DNA of 64,000 bases. It comes from Orbicella franksi. Taxonomy: Eukaryota. The stretch spans positions 8,122,001-8,186,000 of the forward strand of contig OZ116707.1 of the NCBI GenBank assembly GCA_964199315.1, written 5' to 3'. Numbering within the stretch: position 1 is the first letter of the stretch; every line of letters begins with the position of its first letter. The translations under genes were made by a program, and so were the position numbers. This document shows positions 61,545 to 64,000 of the stretch, in pieces. The notes under the pieces were generated by a model. That model searched no databases. It was not told where the DNA came from and worked only from the letters and a program-made list of their open reading frames with translations.

Positions 61545-63520
61545 ATGGCAAGAAATCCACTGTACAGTGCATCTGGACTTGGAAATGAGGAACTCATCAA
61601 TACAAGCACCCCATTTGAAATACCAGGTTTATTTTCTGAAATTGAGGCCATAACTTCACATATCAATGCCCAAGTTGAAGACAAGAATCAGCTCATTTCT
61701 GTTAAGCCAGTGCCTGATTAGGCAGCAGTAGACACGTCAGTAGGCAAACTTACTCTTAGTCCAACTACCTTGCTTGATACTGAAGAGTATGAAGCAAGAT
61801 CTATAGACATCTGTGACTACATACAGCTGTTAGAGCATCCTGAACTGTTTGCCAACCCAGAGCAAAGAAGAAGGGAAGTGCAGGGCTTGAAGTTAACTTT
61901 TTCGTTCAGAAGCCAGCTAGCGACTAACAGAAAAATTTTGGTCGTCACACCATAAATTTTGGTTGTCAACTTATTTTATATACAACTTACACAAGAATTT
62001 TATATGGTACTTTGCAGGCAAGAAAAGTCCCAATTGAAGAGCAAAAACAATTAGAAACAACACGAGTAACACTTAGTTATAAAGCTACTGTTGTTCTCAG
62101 GTAATATGTCTCTGGTCCGAAGGTGACAGTTGTCTCCATAGTCATTTTAAATGAAGCATAGCATAAAACATTTCAAGTATGTGGTTTTCATTGTAAGACA
62201 AACACGGGTCCTTGCATATTTCTTCAAAATGCCGTTCTTTATTTTCAACTTGCTTTCCTCAACGCCTTTCGCTGCTGACAAACAATGAATGAAGGATTCA
62301 AAGTTTGGATTAACCTTTTGGCTGAACCTTCATTCCCTGCACCTAAAAACTCACGTAATTCCTTCAACTGATTGGTATCTGTCACTATTTTTGCAGCAAA
62401 TGAAAAGCACATGGTGTTGAAGTGCACTTGTGATCCCAGTTTTGGAAGAAGCTGCTGAAACAATATGGCGTGCCGTGAACACAGTATCGACATATCGAAA
62501 TACATTCAATTTTTTCGATTATCTTGTAATATTCAGACATTATTTTACTGGGTGAAGGGTGAGTTGTATACTAGCTTCCATATCCAATTGATTTCCTAAT
62601 ATAAAGATTTAAAAACAAAAGTTGTGTCGTGGTTTTCTTTAGTTATTGGGCAGAATGCGAGTTGCCAGCTGGCAACCAGTTCTGAAAATTTAGCCACCAG
62701 TGCTCAATTTTTGGTCGCATTGGCAACCAGTGAGGTGCAATTTCAAGCCCTGAAGTGGAAAATTAACTTTCAGAAATTCAAGGTGGTGGAAATCTTACAG
62801 AAGATCTGGTGACATTACCAAAACGCTTTGAAAATGTTACTGAAAGCTACTAAGAAATGTTCCCAGCTGCAAATGAGAGTTTATTGTTCTCCGGAAGTGA
62901 AGACAAAGATGTACAGAAGCACAACAATGAGGATAAACCACTCTATCACAATGCCTCACTGACCATTGCAGAAACTGTTCTACTGGTTGGTACATTTCCA
63001 TTAGATACACCCTTTGGATGTGCTATGAATGATTTGCTCATCCTGATTAGTCTTCATTGCATCAGGGCTGATTTATGCCGCACATCTCTTCATCAGTTCT
63101 AGCACTTTTTCTGATCAATCAAGAGTGCCCTAGTATATCATCGCTATTGCTGGCATTGCTTTTTACCCGTTGATGACAGAGCAACTGAGACTTGTCAAAA
63201 CCATCTGTACTCAAAGGATCTAACTGAGAGTAAGTCTTGTTCTTTCTTCATTGAAGTGGTAATTGTCTCACAGATTTTCCATTTGTTTGCTGATAGTGGC
63301 CTCTATGAAAATTTGACACATCGTTTTAGAAGGACCTAAACAAATGTTAACCACTTTGAAGACATTTATGATGGCACTGAATACAAAATTCACTGCAATT
63401 CTGGGATTTTAGATTTCCAGCAAAACATTTCGTTATTGTGGAACGCAGATGGTGTTCCAGTGTTTAAGTCATCAATTTTCTCCACATGGCCATTGTACTT
63501 TGTAATAAACGAACTTCCCT
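61545..63520 (+). pseudogene. N-terminal part of a second CACTA/EnSpm transposase, interrupted at 61881-62752
   Basis: PLYHNASLTIAE, DLLILISLHC, YCWHC, FEDIYDGTEY, ISLLWNADGVPVFKSS..WPLYFVINELP. Confidence 0.75.
61881..62752. mobile_element. 872-bp hAT-like non-autonomous element with a 5-bp TSD
   Basis: CAGGGCTTGAA / TTCAAGCCCTG TIRs; AAGTG at 61876-61880 and 62753-62757. Confidence 0.75.
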
Positions 63521-64000
63521 CTAGTGGTCCCTTCATGGTTGATTTCAATATCCATATGCTTACTGCACCTTTCAATAACATGCGGACTTTAAAATTGAAA
63601 GCTTAACCAACAAATGCCTTTTTTGCAACAGTCAATCAAATGTTCGGCGGCTCCTTCCAACTTCTGACTACTGCTGAGCACTGTTTTGTTGTCTGAACTG
63701 TGCTGAACGATTTGATTACCGCATACTTGGTAGTAGTGGGAAGCTGGGAGGAGCTGCCAAACATTTGATTGACGGCAGCAAAAAAACGCATTTGTCAGTT
63801 GAGCTTGAATTTTACAGTCCACATGTTATTGAAAGGTTCAGTAAAATAAACCAGACATCATCTACAAACAATTTTATGCATCAGCTGTTTTCATATTCTT
63901 TCTATCCTCTCATAACTAAGCCAACCGGAATAACAGAAAGGAGTGCAACATTAATCGATAATATATTGTAACAAATAGGCTAAGCAACAATGACTTACTG
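63520..64000 (+). mobile_element. LINE APE-endonuclease fragment split by a MITE
   Basis: FMVDFNIHML|KINQTSSTNNFMHQLFSYSFYPLITKPTGITERSATLIDNIL. Confidence 0.7.
63563..63841. mobile_element. 279-bp MITE with ~110-bp imperfect TIRs and TA TSD
   Basis: CTG(C/A)ACCTTTCAATAACATG.. arms; TA at 63561-63562 and 63842-63843; removal restores the APE frame. Confidence 0.8.

Overview
AT-rich eukaryotic DNA with GT-AG introns and CpG-type decay; the mix of repeat families suggests a cnidarian, most likely a stony coral (inference). I see no conserved housekeeping gene, rRNA, intact tRNA or CRISPR array. The window is a nested transposon graveyard. In order: (1) a decayed head-to-head C2H2-finger / protein-kinase gene pair; (2) Penelope-like fragments with hammerhead ribozyme motifs; (3) a DIRS1-type retroelement with intact ITR/ICR ends; (4) a probable ~18.1-kb CACTA/CMC transposon (CAC...GTG ends, CTC target duplication) with a transposase, a five-exon orphan gene, a nested L2/CR1 LINE with an open 1166-aa ORF and a higher-order tandem array; (5) Kolobok-like and Gypsy remnants; (6) a 7.8-kb ISL2EU transposon with an AT target duplication; (7) a MULE-like remnant and an orphan multi-exon membrane-protein pseudogene; (8) a spliced Sola3-like transposase gene; (9) a CACTA fragment split by a hAT-like insert. 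The most striking signal is that two unrelated DNA transposons each appear to carry a deubiquitinase-like cysteine protease. One is a USP-like domain fused to the ISL2EU SAP-SWIM-YqaJ protein; the other is a herpes-tegument-like (C76) domain spliced onto the Sola3-like transposase. All family calls rest on motif recognition by eye and need HMM or structure confirmation.
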